This document shows, one piece after another, positions 45,015-55,123 of a stretch of 64,000 bases of DNA. This DNA comes from an uncultured Gemmatimonadaceae bacterium. Its GTDB lineage: Bacteria; Gemmatimonadota; Gemmatimonadetes; Gemmatimonadales; Gemmatimonadaceae. The notes under the pieces were generated by a model. It did no database searches. It was not told the origin of the DNA and was given only the letters and a program-made list of their open reading frames with translations. The stretch lies in the NCBI GenBank assembly GCA_963829055.1, contig CAWHHI010000006.1:160001-224000 (forward strand), written 5' to 3'. Position 1 is the first letter of the stretch. Every line of letters begins with the position of its first letter. Both the position numbers and the translations under genes were made by a program.

Positions 45015-45481
45015 CGGCGACCCGCGGGCACGAGGTAGTCCTGCGCGGCGATGATCTGCCATTGTCCGTCGCGCTTGAGCCACGTGTCCGTGAAACGATA
45101 GCGTCGGTCGAACGGCTTGCCGCCGCTCCGCCCGCGCATGACGAGCCAGCCGGTCACGATCATGGTGTTCCCGTACGATTGGGTGGCGAGCTTCTCGTTG
45201 CGCGCTTCGGTGACGGTATCAGTGCCGGAGACGATATCCCGCGTCAACTCGGCCCCATTCTGCATGCGATCGTCCTCGGTGTACGTGAAGCCGGGCGCGA
45301 GAAGTCGCTTGAACGTCGCGGCGTCGCGCTTCACGACCGCCTTGGCCCATGCCTCTTCGAGGTCGAGGACCGCGCGTTCGTCAGCGCTCGGTGCGGAAGC
45401 CGCTTTGGGTTGTTGGGCGACAAGATCGATGCTCGGCCACGCGAGCGCGGTGAGGACAACGAACAAGCCAGTGGACTTCAT
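45011..45481 (-). CDS. Exported NTF2/DUF4440 family protein
   Basis: Signal peptide, WAKAVVKRD, YRFTDTWLKRDGQWQII; ATGA overlap with the dehydrogenase. Confidence 0.8.
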   Translation of the reverse strand: MKSTGLFVVLTALAWPSIDLVAQQPKAASAPSADERAVLDLEEAWAKAVVKRDAATFKRLLAPGFTYTEDDRMQNGAELTRDIVSGTDTVTEARNEKLATQSYGNTMIVTGWLVMRGRSGGKPFDRRYRFTDTWLKRDGQWQIIAAQDYLVPAGRR

Positions 45482-45560
45482 AGGCGCGTCGGCTGGAGGG
45501 GATGTCGGAGCCGCATGACCATGCAACTGTCGAGCGCGAGCGTCCAGAGGAGCTAGCAGA

Positions 45561-45712
45561 ACTGCTTCGACCCGACATCCAGAACCAAGGTGGTTCCGGG
45601 AAAAACCTGGAACAACTGAAATGGCCTGATGCCATCACGACCGCGACGAACCGTCGCCCAAGGAGCGATCCGTCCGATCAGCTGTTTCGGGCCGTTTCCG
45701 TCAGCACTCTGG
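45561..45712 (-). repeat. Family B element copy 3, inverted and lacking the central core
   Basis: Reverse complement has GACGGAAACGGCCCGAAACA..GATCGGACGGATC and GGTTCTGGATGTCGGGTCGAAGCAGT. Confidence 0.7.
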
Positions 45713-45767
45713 GATCTTCTCGATCATTGTTTCCAGTGGTGGACGACTCGATTCCCATCGAGGATGG

Positions 45768-45954
45768 CCGCACTGCGCAACGCAGAACGCTCTGACTGCG
45801 CAGATGGGCGCAGAAAAGCAATGCGGTGCTGCTGTAGCTGTTTCTGCGGACTCTGAGCGCTCTGAGTCTTCAGCGTTGCGTAGTGCGGAGTCGCGCCGAT
45901 CCAGCCGGCTACGATGCCATCACAGACGATCCCTCGCTGGCGCTCGGGATGACA
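45768..45954. repeat. CGCAGA/TCTGCG-armed hairpin plus right half of REP A2
   Basis: CCGCACTGCGCAACGC..GCGTTGCGTAGTGCGG; GATCCCTCGCT..GCTCGGGATGACA. Confidence 0.7.
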
Positions 45955-45967
45955 ACGCTGTAGTCCT

Positions 45968-46858
45968 CTAGTGCTCCCGAACACCCCGCGCCAGTGAGCT
46001 ACTGAACGATCGGAGCTCCAGACTATTCGCTCGGCCCTCCGATTCCGGGAAGATGATCTGTACCTCCGTCTCCATCCCGAACAGCTTCCCGCCGCGGTAG
46101 AAGCTGAGCCGGAACTCGCCGTCGTTGCGATCCGGCACGAGGTCGGCCACCGGGTCGTAGCCCCACAGCGGCGGTGTCATGCGGGCGTGGAGACGGCCGC
46201 CCGAATCCGACACCTCGAACGTCGTCTCCGGAACGCCGCCCTGTGGCCCCGCCTGCGATCCCGTCGTCGATCCCGTGGCAGACCCGGCAGGCGTTAGGCG
46301 ATACCGACCGACGTATCGCGCGCGGTCACCTTCCGCCACCTCGCGCTGCCGCGACGGCGCCACCGTGACGCGCAACGGGATGACCGTCGTCCCCCACTGC
46401 AGGTCGAGCGTCGCGCCATCCCGAGTGACGACCGGGAACGAGAACGTGAGCGTCTCCAGTGGCGGGCCCGCGACCGGCTTCACCGTGAGACGCAGCTGCT
46501 CGTCGCTCGACGACGGCGGCTGCGTGTGGAAGCGATGCGAGTCGCGGCTGAACATCACCGTCCAGCTGTCCTGCCCCGGAATCATCCACACCGAGTACTT
46601 GCCCTTCGGGAGCGAATCGCCGTTCACGAGCACCGGCTTGTCGACATCGATCGTCGTCGCCCAGTTCGCGCCGGGCGTCCATTGGCGGCCCCAGTGAACG
46701 ACGTCGGGGAAGGGCGTGCGACCGCGTGCGACGGGACGCGAGTACTCGATGGTGATCGTCGTGCCGTCGATGGTCTGCGAGACCGAGCCCTTCTCGCTCG
46801 CCAGCTGCGCCCGTATGAGCGAGGGCACGAGCGCGAGCCCAAGCCCGAACCTGATCAC
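45968..46858 (-). CDS. DUF2911-domain exported protein
   Basis: ITIEYSRPVARGR, WTPGANWAT, LPKGKYSVWMIP, LQWG. Confidence 0.85.
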   Translation of the reverse strand: MIRFGLGLALVPSLIRAQLASEKGSVSQTIDGTTITIEYSRPVARGRTPFPDVVHWGRQWTPGANWATTIDVDKPVLVNGDSLPKGKYSVWMIPGQDSWTVMFSRDSHRFHTQPPSSSDEQLRLTVKPVAGPPLETLTFSFPVVTRDGATLDLQWGTTVIPLRVTVAPSRQREVAEGDRARYVGRYRLTPAGSATGSTTGSQAGPQGGVPETTFEVSDSGGRLHARMTPPLWGYDPVADLVPDRNDGEFRLSFYRGGKLFGMETEVQIIFPESEGRANSLELRSFSSSLARGVREH

Positions 46859-46868
46859 CGGAACCCGA

Positions 46869-47294
46869 TCAGCCAAACTTGGCGTCGATCGCGGCTCGAA
46901 TCTCGTCGAGGCTCTTGCCCTGCTTGTGCAGGCGGTAGGCGAGGCGCCCTTCGCCCTGACAGATCTGGCAATGCCCGGCCATGCCCTCCGCCTCGTAGCA
47001 CGACAGTAGCGAATACTTCCCCTCGAGCGCCGAGCATCCACACTGGCAGCGGATGCCGTCGACGACCTCCGGGATCTCGCGCACCATATCGAACACTGGC
47101 GCGGCGTCCGCGTGCTCGGCCCCGAGCTGATCCTTGGTGAGGACCTTGGCCGAGGTGATACCGGGCCGAGGCGTTGGATGGTCGCCGATGTGGGCGGACG
47201 CGACCATTGGTGACGCGCACAGGACGCGCCTGGCACCGGCGGACGTCAGGAAGAGGGCGGGGAGCGAGGCGACGAATTGGCGACGGGTCGTCAT
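46869..47294 (-). CDS. PCYCGC-motif-like Cys-rich protein with Tat-like signal
   Basis: TRRQF signal; CQCGC..SLLSCY..CQIC..GKSLDEIRAAID. Confidence 0.75.
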   Translation of the reverse strand: MTTRRQFVASLPALFLTSAGARRVLCASPMVASAHIGDHPTPRPGITSAKVLTKDQLGAEHADAAPVFDMVREIPEVVDGIRCQCGCSALEGKYSLLSCYEAEGMAGHCQICQGEGRLAYRLHKQGKSLDEIRAAIDAKFG

Positions 47295-47400
47295 GGGTCT
47301 GATAGTCGGGGCGGGGCGGCGTGCAATCAAGGTTTGGATGCTTTGGATTGACGCATGGTTCACAGAACTACAATGCCCGGGTTCCTGTTCCAGGTCTGGA

Positions 47401-47814
47401 TCATCGCGCCGGGGCCGGTGGGAACTACGATTGGGCGGATGAACGGCAAAACAGCCGGATAGGTGTCATTCCGAGCGGGCCTGACGCGTCCTCCGCATGC
47501 GGAACGACAGGCCGGCTCTGCAGTCGACGCATCCGTCGCGCCGCGGCCTGAGGAACGGCGATTTCGCGGATGACGCCGAAGGAGCAGGATCGATCCCGTT
47601 CGGGACGGCCCCTCGCGCAACGAGCCGGAATTCTTGGGAACGGCCGCTCGGGACGCAGGAGTCTCCCGAGCGGCCGTCCCCATTCATTCAGGGTCCGGCG
47701 AGAGCCAGCGTCAATGCAAAGTCGTATCCGGCCGTTTTCCGTGTCATCCGCGTCATCGTAGTTAACACCGGCCCCGGCGAGCCGATGCCTGGCTGCAAAG
47801 CCGCGGCGCGATGA
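47401..47814. mobile_element. Family C element copy 4
   Basis: Terminal IR TCATCGCGCC/GGCGCGATGA, GGGAACTACGATTGGGCGGAT unit, central hairpin, REP fragment at 47464. Confidence 0.75.
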
Positions 47815-47818
47815 ACCG

Positions 47819-50800
47819 TCAATCGCCCGGTGCCGGTACCGGCTCGGCGCGATGAGCCATCGGCTTCTTCCGGAAACGTGCCATCAGCGCCTCACGCCAG
47901 CCCGCCAGAATGTCGTACACCGTCGGGATCACGAACAACGTCAGCAGCGTCGACGTGATCACGCCGCCGATCACCGCGCGGCCTAACGGTGCCCGGAAAT
48001 CGCCGCCCTCGCCGTGGCCTAACGCGACCGGGATCATGCCCGCGATCAGCGCCAGCGTCGTCATGAGGATCGGCCGCAAACGGATACGGCCGGCCTCCAC
48101 CAGCGCCTCGTGACGTCCCATCCCGCGCTCGACGCCCCACTTCGCGAAGTCGATCAACAGGATCGCGTTCTTCGCCACGATCCCCATGAGCAGGATCACG
48201 CCGATGAGGCTCATGATGTTGAGCGAATCGCGCGTGATCAGCAGCGCCAGCACCACGCCGATGAGCGACAGCGGCAGCGATACCAGAATCGCCAGCGGGT
48301 CGAGGAAGCTCCCGAACTGCACCACGAGAATCAGGTACATCAGCATCACCGCGATGCCGAGCGCGATGAAGATGTTCCCGAACACCTCCTGCTGGCTCTC
48401 GACCTGGCCGCCCTGGATGATCTGGTAGCCCGGCGGCATGCGGATGTCCGCGATCGACCGGTTGATCGCCTGCGAGACGTTGCCTAACGACTCACCCTGA
48501 ATGTTCGCGCCGACCGTGATCACGCGATGGCGGTCGAGGTGCGTGATCTGTGCCGGCCCCGTGCCGCGGGAGAGCCGCGCCACCTGGCCGAGCGGGACGA
48601 CTGTGGGGCCGTTCGCGCCGTTCGAGGGCAGCACGAGCGGAATGCGCGCGACGTCCGCCGCGTTCTCACGCGACTCCGGCGCCAGCCTGACGCGCACATA
48701 ACGCGACTCGCCGCTGGGATCGACCCACGTTCCCGCGTCGACACCCGCGAACGCCGGCCGCAATGCCTGCGCGATCTGCGCGATGCTCACGCCGAGCTGG
48801 CCCGCGACGCCGCGCTCGATCTGCACACGGAGCTCCGGTTTCAGACCACGCGACGACAGGCCGACGTCCGTCGCGCCACGAACCTTCTTCACGCGATCCG
48901 AGATCTGCTCGGCCAACTGATTCAGGACCGTGTTGTCGGGACCCGTGAGCTGCAGCTGCACCTGCTTCTGATTGCCGCCGAAGCCGGACGCGAACGTGTA
49001 CGCCGTCACGCCGCCGACGCTCGCGAATTCCTTCCGCAGTTGCTGCGCGAGCTCCTCCTGAGAGACCTCACGCTGCGCTTTCGGTTTGAGGCGGACGTAG
49101 ATGCTGCCGTTGTCCACGCCGCCGGCGCCTGACGCGCTGCCGATGGTCGTGTACGTGTAGAGCACCTGATCCTTGTGCGCCCGCGCGAGCGACGCCACGC
49201 GCTCCGCCTGCTGCGTCGTGTACTGCAGGCTCGAGCCGGGCGGCAGCTCGACCGCGATGTTGATCTCGCTCTGGTCGCTCACAGGAACGAAGCCGAACGC
49301 GCCGAACTTCGCCTGCAGGACGATCGCGGCGACGAACGTGCCGATCGCGAGCGCCACCATGACCGCGCGATGCTCCAGCGCCCACGCGATGCCGTGCTTG
49401 TAGCGCTCGGCCTGCGCGTCGAACCAGTGGTTGAACCGCTCGAGCGTGCGCGCGACGATGTTCCGGCGCTCGTGCGCCTCGAGCTGTGGGTCGGCCCAGT
49501 AGGCCGACAGCATCGGGTCGAGCGAGAACGAGACGAAGAGCGAGACGAGAACGGCCGCGGCAATCGTCAGGGCAAACGGCTTGAACCACTGACCCGCGAA
49601 GCCGGACATGAAGCCGACCGGGACGAACACGGCGACGATGGAGAAGCTCGTCGCCGCCACGGCCAGGCCGATCTCATCCGTGCCCTTCTGCGATGCGACG
49701 TAGTGATCTTCGCCGAGCTCGATGTGCCTGACGATGTTCTCGCGGACGACGATCGCGTCGTCGATCAGAATGCCGATCGCGAGCGAGAGGCCTAACAAGC
49801 TCATCGTGTTCAGCGTGAAGCCGAGCAGCCAGAGCGGGATGAACGCGGCGAGCACGGACACGGGAAGCGCGAGACCCGTGATCACCGTCGAGCGCCACGA
49901 GATGAGGAACAGGAAGACCACGAGGACGGTGAGGATCGCGCCCTCGAACAGCGTCTCTTCGACGTTGCGCACGGAATTCTCGACGCGCGCACCGGCGTCG
50001 CGCACGATCTCGATGCGCGTGCCCGCGGGGAGCGTTGCCTGCAACGCGGTGAGCCGCGCCTTGACGCCGTTCGCCACGAACGCCGTGCTGTATCCCTTCG
50101 ACTTCGTGATGTCGATGCCGATCGCCGGGCGTCCGTTGTACAGCGCCGCCGACCTTGGCTCCGCGTTCCCGGCATCGACGTCGGCGACCTGGCCGAGCGT
50201 GATCGCCTGACCGGCGCGTTGCGTGACGACGAGGCCGAGGAAGTCCTGCGGGTCTTCGAGGCGACCTTCGAGGCGGATCGTCTGCTCGGTGACTGACGTG
50301 CTGACCTGGCCGACTGGCGCCGCGAGATTCTGCGCGCGCAACGCGGCGACGACCTGATCCACGCCGATTCGCGAGGCCGCGAGCGCGGCAGGTCGGAGCG
50401 TGACGTTGAGCGTCGCACTATCGCCGCCAACGACGTTCACCTGTGCGACGCCCGCGACCGCGCGCAGCTCGCCACCGATCTGCTGGTCGGCGAGCTGTGT
50501 GAGCTGCGGAACCGTCAGCGACGTGGACGTCAGCGCGACCGAAACGATTGGAAGGTCGTTCGGGTCGAAGCGCTGGACGATCGGCTCGAGAATTTCCTGC
50601 GGCAGCTGTCCGCGGACCGCGGAGATGGCGTCGCGCACGTCCTGCGTCGCCTGATCGACCGGCTTCTCGAAGACGAAGGTGACGATGATCTGCGTGAAGC
50701 CATCGGTCGTCGTCGAGTTGATCTTGTCGACGCCGCTGATGCCGGACAGCCGATCCTCGATGCGATCGACGACCTCGCGTTCGACGATGTCGGGCGAGGC

Positions 50801-50959
50801 GCCGGGGTAGCCGATGCCGATGAAGACGATCGGCGCCTGGATGTCGGGGAACTCGTCTGTCTGAAGCTTGTAGAGCGCCGCGAGCCCGAAGGCGACGAGC
50901 GCGAGCATCGTCACGATCGTGACGATCGGTCGCTTGATGGCGAAGTCGGAGATGAACAC
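47819..50959 (-). CDS. RND efflux transporter permease (AcrB/MdtC family)
   Basis: 1046 aa; [32 protein letters not shown]. Confidence 0.96.
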   Translation of the reverse strand: MFISDFAIKRPIVTIVTMLALVAFGLAALYKLQTDEFPDIQAPIVFIGIGYPGASPDIVEREVVDRIEDRLSGISGVDKINSTTTDGFTQIIVTFVFEKPVDQATQDVRDAISAVRGQLPQEILEPIVQRFDPNDLPIVSVALTSTSLTVPQLTQLADQQIGGELRAVAGVAQVNVVGGDSATLNVTLRPAALAASRIGVDQVVAALRAQNLAAPVGQVSTSVTEQTIRLEGRLEDPQDFLGLVVTQRAGQAITLGQVADVDAGNAEPRSAALYNGRPAIGIDITKSKGYSTAFVANGVKARLTALQATLPAGTRIEIVRDAGARVENSVRNVEETLFEGAILTVLVVFLFLISWRSTVITGLALPVSVLAAFIPLWLLGFTLNTMSLLGLSLAIGILIDDAIVVRENIVRHIELGEDHYVASQKGTDEIGLAVAATSFSIVAVFVPVGFMSGFAGQWFKPFALTIAAAVLVSLFVSFSLDPMLSAYWADPQLEAHERRNIVARTLERFNHWFDAQAERYKHGIAWALEHRAVMVALAIGTFVAAIVLQAKFGAFGFVPVSDQSEINIAVELPPGSSLQYTTQQAERVASLARAHKDQVLYTYTTIGSASGAGGVDNGSIYVRLKPKAQREVSQEELAQQLRKEFASVGGVTAYTFASGFGGNQKQVQLQLTGPDNTVLNQLAEQISDRVKKVRGATDVGLSSRGLKPELRVQIERGVAGQLGVSIAQIAQALRPAFAGVDAGTWVDPSGESRYVRVRLAPESRENAADVARIPLVLPSNGANGPTVVPLGQVARLSRGTGPAQITHLDRHRVITVGANIQGESLGNVSQAINRSIADIRMPPGYQIIQGGQVESQQEVFGNIFIALGIAVMLMYLILVVQFGSFLDPLAILVSLPLSLIGVVLALLITRDSLNIMSLIGVILLMGIVAKNAILLIDFAKWGVERGMGRHEALVEAGRIRLRPILMTTLALIAGMIPVALGHGEGGDFRAPLGRAVIGGVITSTLLTLFVIPTVYDILAGWREALMARFRKKPMAHRAEPVPAPGD

Positions 50960-50980
50960 GTGGGTCTCGCTGAGGCCAGT

Positions 50981-51745
50981 TTAGCGCCGCAGCAGCGGGC
51001 GAGGGTCGACAGGCATTCCCGTCCACCAACGCGCGACGTCGGTCGTGCGGGCGATGGCGAAATGTAGATGTGGAACGTCGGGCGGCGCGTTGCCGGTGGT
51101 CCCGACGAAGCCCAGGGTATCGCCGCGCTGGAGCGGCATCCCGTTGGCGAGGCCGCTCGCGTATCGGTCGAGGTGCGCGTACATGAGCACGAACCGATCG
51201 CTCGGGTCTGATGCGTAGACCATCAGCCCGCCCGCCTCGCTCGTGAACAGCCGTTGGACGGTACCGCCGGTCGCGGAGAGCACGGGTGTCCCGCGCGGCG
51301 CCGGGATGTCGAGCGCATTATGGCGTCGGGACCCGCGTGCCTCGTCGAACGTATCGAGCAGGTCTTTCGGCTCGACGCCCGCTACGGGGACGATGAGCGT
51401 GGCGGCCAGCTCCGACAACTCGATCGCGGTGGGTCGCACAGCGTTGCTGTCGTTGGGTGCGGCGGCGGCGACGAGTGTGTCGGACGCGAGCGCGGCTGGC
51501 GTGGGTGGCGCCTTGGTCGCGGGAATGAGCCCGCGGGCGCTGTCGCGCGTGGGGAGGGGCGTCTCGACTTCTCCGGCGCCGGTCCGGACGGCGACGCGGC
51601 TCGAGTCCGCGCGTGCGACCTGCGCGCCGCCGCGCCGGATCTCGATGAATCCGGTCTTGACGAGGGCGCCGAGGGTGATGGCGACGAGCCCGATGATGGC
51701 GATGGCGGCAGGGCCGACACGGCCGTGGCGTTGTTGGAGTTGCAT
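50981..51745 (-). CDS. M23 family metallopeptidase
   Basis: HNALD, YAHL, GTTGNA, HLH. Confidence 0.9.
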   Translation of the reverse strand: MQLQQRHGRVGPAAIAIIGLVAITLGALVKTGFIEIRRGGAQVARADSSRVAVRTGAGEVETPLPTRDSARGLIPATKAPPTPAALASDTLVAAAAPNDSNAVRPTAIELSELAATLIVPVAGVEPKDLLDTFDEARGSRRHNALDIPAPRGTPVLSATGGTVQRLFTSEAGGLMVYASDPSDRFVLMYAHLDRYASGLANGMPLQRGDTLGFVGTTGNAPPDVPHLHFAIARTTDVARWWTGMPVDPRPLLRR

Positions 51746-51914
51746 GGTGGTATAGTTCAGGTGCAAACGCCGGGCTAGTACGACAAGCTGCGCGCTGCGC
51801 TGCACGCTGGGCACGTCTGCCGACGGCTGCAGGCTGCGGCCGCACGCTGCGCGCTGCTGCCAATACCGCCCCGTCACCCACGCGCTGGTCGCTGCGCGCA
51901 GTCACAAGCAGCGG

Positions 51915-51981
51915 CGACCAGCGACCAGCACGAGCGACCAGCGACCAGCTTGCCGTTCCCCGTTCCCGGTTCCCCGTTCCC
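51915..51981. repeat. (GACCAGC)n and (GTTCCC(C/G))n heptamer runs
   Basis: 36 bp identical to 25661-25696. Confidence 0.85.
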
Positions 51982-52829
51982 TAGCCTTTGATCCAGTCTA
52001 CCGCCTGCCGCGCAATCTCTGGCGGCACCGCGTGCGGGCCGTCGAATTCCTTGTACTGCACGTCGTAACGCGCCTGCTGCAGCTGCGGCACGATGCGGCG
52101 ACTGCACTGGTCGATTGGCAGGATCTCGTCGCGCGTCCCGTGCGAGATGAATACGTGCGGACGCGCGTGCGGGTCGATCGGAAGGACGAAGCCTGGCGAG
52201 AACGCGATCACGCGCTGGAACAGGTCTCCGTTCGTGAGGCCGACGCCGAGCGCGTAGGTCGCGCCGTCGGAGAATCCTTCGATCGTTAGGCGGGCCGGGT
52301 CGATCGCCACCCGCCCGAACACCATTCCGAGCGCGCGGTCGATGAACGCGATGTCCGGGCCGTACTGGCTGCGGATCGCGTCCCACGTCGTGCCGCGGGA
52401 TTCGGGCGCGAGCAGTACGAGGCCGGCGTCGTCGGCCAGCTCGCGGAACGGGCGAAGCGCGCCGCGCGCGGATCCTGTCGCGCCGTGCAGCATGAGAACG
52501 AGCGGCGCCGGCGTCGTGGGCACGTAGCCCGCGGGCACGTAGAGCAGCCCGTCGCGCGCGCCTCCGAGCGAGAGCGGTTGCTCGCCAGGCGTGATCGAGC
52601 CGGTCGGGGTTCCTGGCCGCGCGGTGAGGCGACCACCGGTTGGCAGCGCGAGCGCATCCTTCACTCCACCAACATTACAGGCGGCGGCGAGCGCTCCAGC
52701 CGCGCCCGCTCCAGCGGCGGAGAGAAACGACCGCCGCGAGATGGGTAAACCGCGCGAGCTGCGAGACCAACCGTTGAACGGTGTCACGGGAGCCGTCGAG
52801 GCGAATGTGAGAGCGTCCGATGCGCTCAC
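51981..52829 (-). CDS. Phospholipase/carboxylesterase (alpha/beta hydrolase) with Tat-like signal; start uncertain
   Basis: SRRSFL, LHGATG, GFSDG, HGTRD, FDGPH. Confidence 0.88.
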   Translation of the reverse strand: MSASDALTFASTAPVTPFNGWSRSSRGLPISRRSFLSAAGAGAAGALAAACNVGGVKDALALPTGGRLTARPGTPTGSITPGEQPLSLGGARDGLLYVPAGYVPTTPAPLVLMLHGATGSARGALRPFRELADDAGLVLLAPESRGTTWDAIRSQYGPDIAFIDRALGMVFGRVAIDPARLTIEGFSDGATYALGVGLTNGDLFQRVIAFSPGFVLPIDPHARPHVFISHGTRDEILPIDQCSRRIVPQLQQARYDVQYKEFDGPHAVPPEIARQAVDWIKG

Positions 52830-52881
52830 CCATGCTATGGCCGGCGGCGGCTACCGCAAGAAGTCTGGGACGAACGTGTCG

Positions 52882-53063
52882 GTCATTCCGAGCGAAGGCC
52901 GAAGGCCGCAGTCGAGGAATCCTCGGCCCGTAGCGCAGTTGGAGTCGAGGACTCGCCGAGTGCATCGACCTGGCCAGAGGGACCGCTGACTACTCGTACC
53001 GGGACGCCAACGATTCCTCGACTCGCTGACGCTCGCTCGGAATGACAACCCGCTCGGAATGAC
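52882..53063. repeat. REP-like A1 with duplicated right end
   Basis: GTCATTCCGAGCG...CGCTCGGAATGAC twice. Confidence 0.88.
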
Positions 53064-53959
53064 TCCCAGTGAGCTGAGACACCAGCGTCTTGCAGCGCCA
53101 CCTGCCACACCAGCGGCTGACCCGGGAGATCCTCGCGCCGCAGCGTGCGGATGCTCGCGATGTCGTCGTCGGACACGAGCGACTGCGCACCCAGTGCGCT
53201 CACCGCGATGTTCGACCGCTTCGCCATCAGCCCCTCGGCGCCAATGCGCACCGCGCGTCCGTCGCGTGCGATGAGCGCGCCGGTCAGCTGCACCACAGCC
53301 ACCGGCTTCTCGAGCGACGTCAGCCACGGCACAGACACCGAGTAGCCAGTACCGAGTTCGACTTCCTTCGACATGCCGAGCCCCTTCTGGCGCGGCCAGT
53401 ACTGCCCGAGCTCGAGCGTGATGAGCAACGCATGGTCGGTTGTCGCGCTGTCGAGCGCGGTCCCCAACCACCCGATCCATTGCTCGGACGGACGACCAAC
53501 GGACAGCTGCAATCGCCGATTCGCACCGCCGACCTCCAGCTCACCCTCTTCGACGCAGTCGCCAGTCGCGTCGAGGTTGCAGCCGAAGTGGACGTCAGGC
53601 ACGGTGCCGACTTCCGCTGCCATCGGCTTCAGGCGCGCCGACACCCCGAGCGAGTCGAGATACGCATTCATCTCCGCCACGAGTGACTCGGCGGTCGATC
53701 CGCTGCCGCCCTTCGGCTCGAAGAGCGCGGCCTGTTCCGCGCCTCGTTGATAGCGGATGGGAAGGTGCGCGACGCGTGCCTGGCCCGCCGCGACCGCGGC
53801 GCCGGCATAGAACGGAGGCTGCTCGAACGACTTTGGGGCGACGCCGCTGCGATACGTCGCGCCGGTGGACGCGCACGCCGCCGAGAGGGCGGCGATGGCG
53901 ATCAGCGAGAGAGAAACGAGGGCTCTATGGACGCTCATGGGGGGTGACTTGGTTTTCAT
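52883..53959 (-). CDS. Hypothetical lipoprotein; C-terminus runs into a repeat
   Basis: Lipobox-like AAC; long ORF; both candidate end frames stop within the REP. Confidence 0.65.
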   Translation of the reverse strand: MKTKSPPMSVHRALVSLSLIAIAALSAACASTGATYRSGVAPKSFEQPPFYAGAAVAAGQARVAHLPIRYQRGAEQAALFEPKGGSGSTAESLVAEMNAYLDSLGVSARLKPMAAEVGTVPDVHFGCNLDATGDCVEEGELEVGGANRRLQLSVGRPSEQWIGWLGTALDSATTDHALLITLELGQYWPRQKGLGMSKEVELGTGYSVSVPWLTSLEKPVAVVQLTGALIARDGRAVRIGAEGLMAKRSNIAVSALGAQSLVSDDDIASIRTLRREDLPGQPLVWQVALQDAGVSAHWESFRAGCHSERASASRGIVGVPVRVVSGPSGQVDALGESSTPTALRAEDSSTAAFGLRSE

Positions 53960-54012
53960 GCCGAACCCTGCGCTCTACCGACCGGTCACATACGTCGCGC
54001 GCATTCGCGACG

Positions 54013-54511
54013 TTAGGCAGTGCCCCACGCGCCGAGCTGCTGGCGAACCGCCACGAGCTGACCGAGGTGGTAGGCGTTATGATCGGCGACGAGCAGGATC
54101 TCGCGGATGTACGTCTGGCCGTCCCCGTGCGGGATCTTCGCGAACAGATCGATCGATTGATCCTCCGCGAGCGCCTCGAGTGCGGCGCGGTCTTCGCGGA
54201 ACGCGCTGATGGCGTCATCCCACGCGGAAGGTCGACGGCGGCTCCGCGGACGACGGCCAGTAGTCGTCGGGCCACTTCATCTCCTCGTACTTCGGGTTGA
54301 CGCAGAAGTCGAGGATGTCGTGCTGCGTGATTCGCATGTGCTCGAGGAGCTCCCACGCAGAGTGCGGGAACTTCTCTACGCGGACGCCGCGCAGCTTGGG
54401 CGCGAGGCCTTCGACGGACTTCTCGAAACCGACGTGGGCGTCCTGCCAACCGAGGATGCGGCGGAGCTGCGCGCGGAGGGGTGCATCGGATGCGGCGGAG
54501 GCGGTTGTCAT
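54013..54511 (-). CDS. DinB-family protein (frameshift ~54230)
   Basis: HSAWELLEH, WPDDYWP, REILLVADHNAYHLGQ. Confidence 0.88.
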
Positions 54512-54837
54512 GTGTCGATGGGCTGGGGGCCGGATGCGGTGAAGGCCACCATCACGCCCTAACGTGTTGGTGGCCTTCTCAGACCGAACGGCGCGGTGGT
54601 CGTCGGTCAGCCATTACAGCGAGCTTACCAGCGAGCCTTAGCGGCTCCCGGCGATCCGCGCCGTACTAGGGTCAGTAGACAATGGATCACCTCCTCGATT
54701 CGCGGGTGAACTTGCGGGCGACGAAAATAATGTAATGCGTGTTACGCCGATGTGGGCAAGGGGTTGCCGCTGAGATGTCGTGCGACGAATGGGCAGCCGA
54801 GCGCGGCAATTTGTCGCTACGAGCGTCAGTGATTGAC

Positions 54838-55088
54838 GTCATCCCGAGGAGCGCCAGAGCCTGCCCCGTAGGCCATTACGGCTGGCTCTCGGCGACTCGA
54901 ACGGCGGAACGCAGAGCGCTCTGACCGCGCAGAAGACGCAGAAAACAACGTTTGTCATCCCGAGCGACAGCGAGGGACCTTCTCGAACGTCATCGTGGCT
55001 GGCCATGCCACGAGTACTTCATAGAAGGTCCCTCGCTGCGCTCGGGATGACACGCCTTCTCGGGATGACAGGCCTCCTCGGGATGACA
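54838..55088. repeat. REP-like A2 cluster with triplicated right end
   Basis: Half site at 54838, full copy 54953-55052, extra CGGGATGACA ending at 55070 and 55088. Confidence 0.85.
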
Positions 55089-55123
55089 CGTTGCCCCGCC
55101 GCGTCAGGCGGCGTCATCCTTGA

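Noticed and set aside
5995..47687. Small ORFs beginning MNGNGR/MGTAARE in the ORF track (5995, 32371, 11986, 47687)
   Set aside because: They are translations of family B/C repeats; lengths and frames are not conserved between copies
54838..54912. SAH-riboswitch-like start CCGAGGAGCGC
   Set aside because: It lacks the rest of the consensus and an SAH-related downstream gene; better explained as a REP A2 left half with an expanded loop
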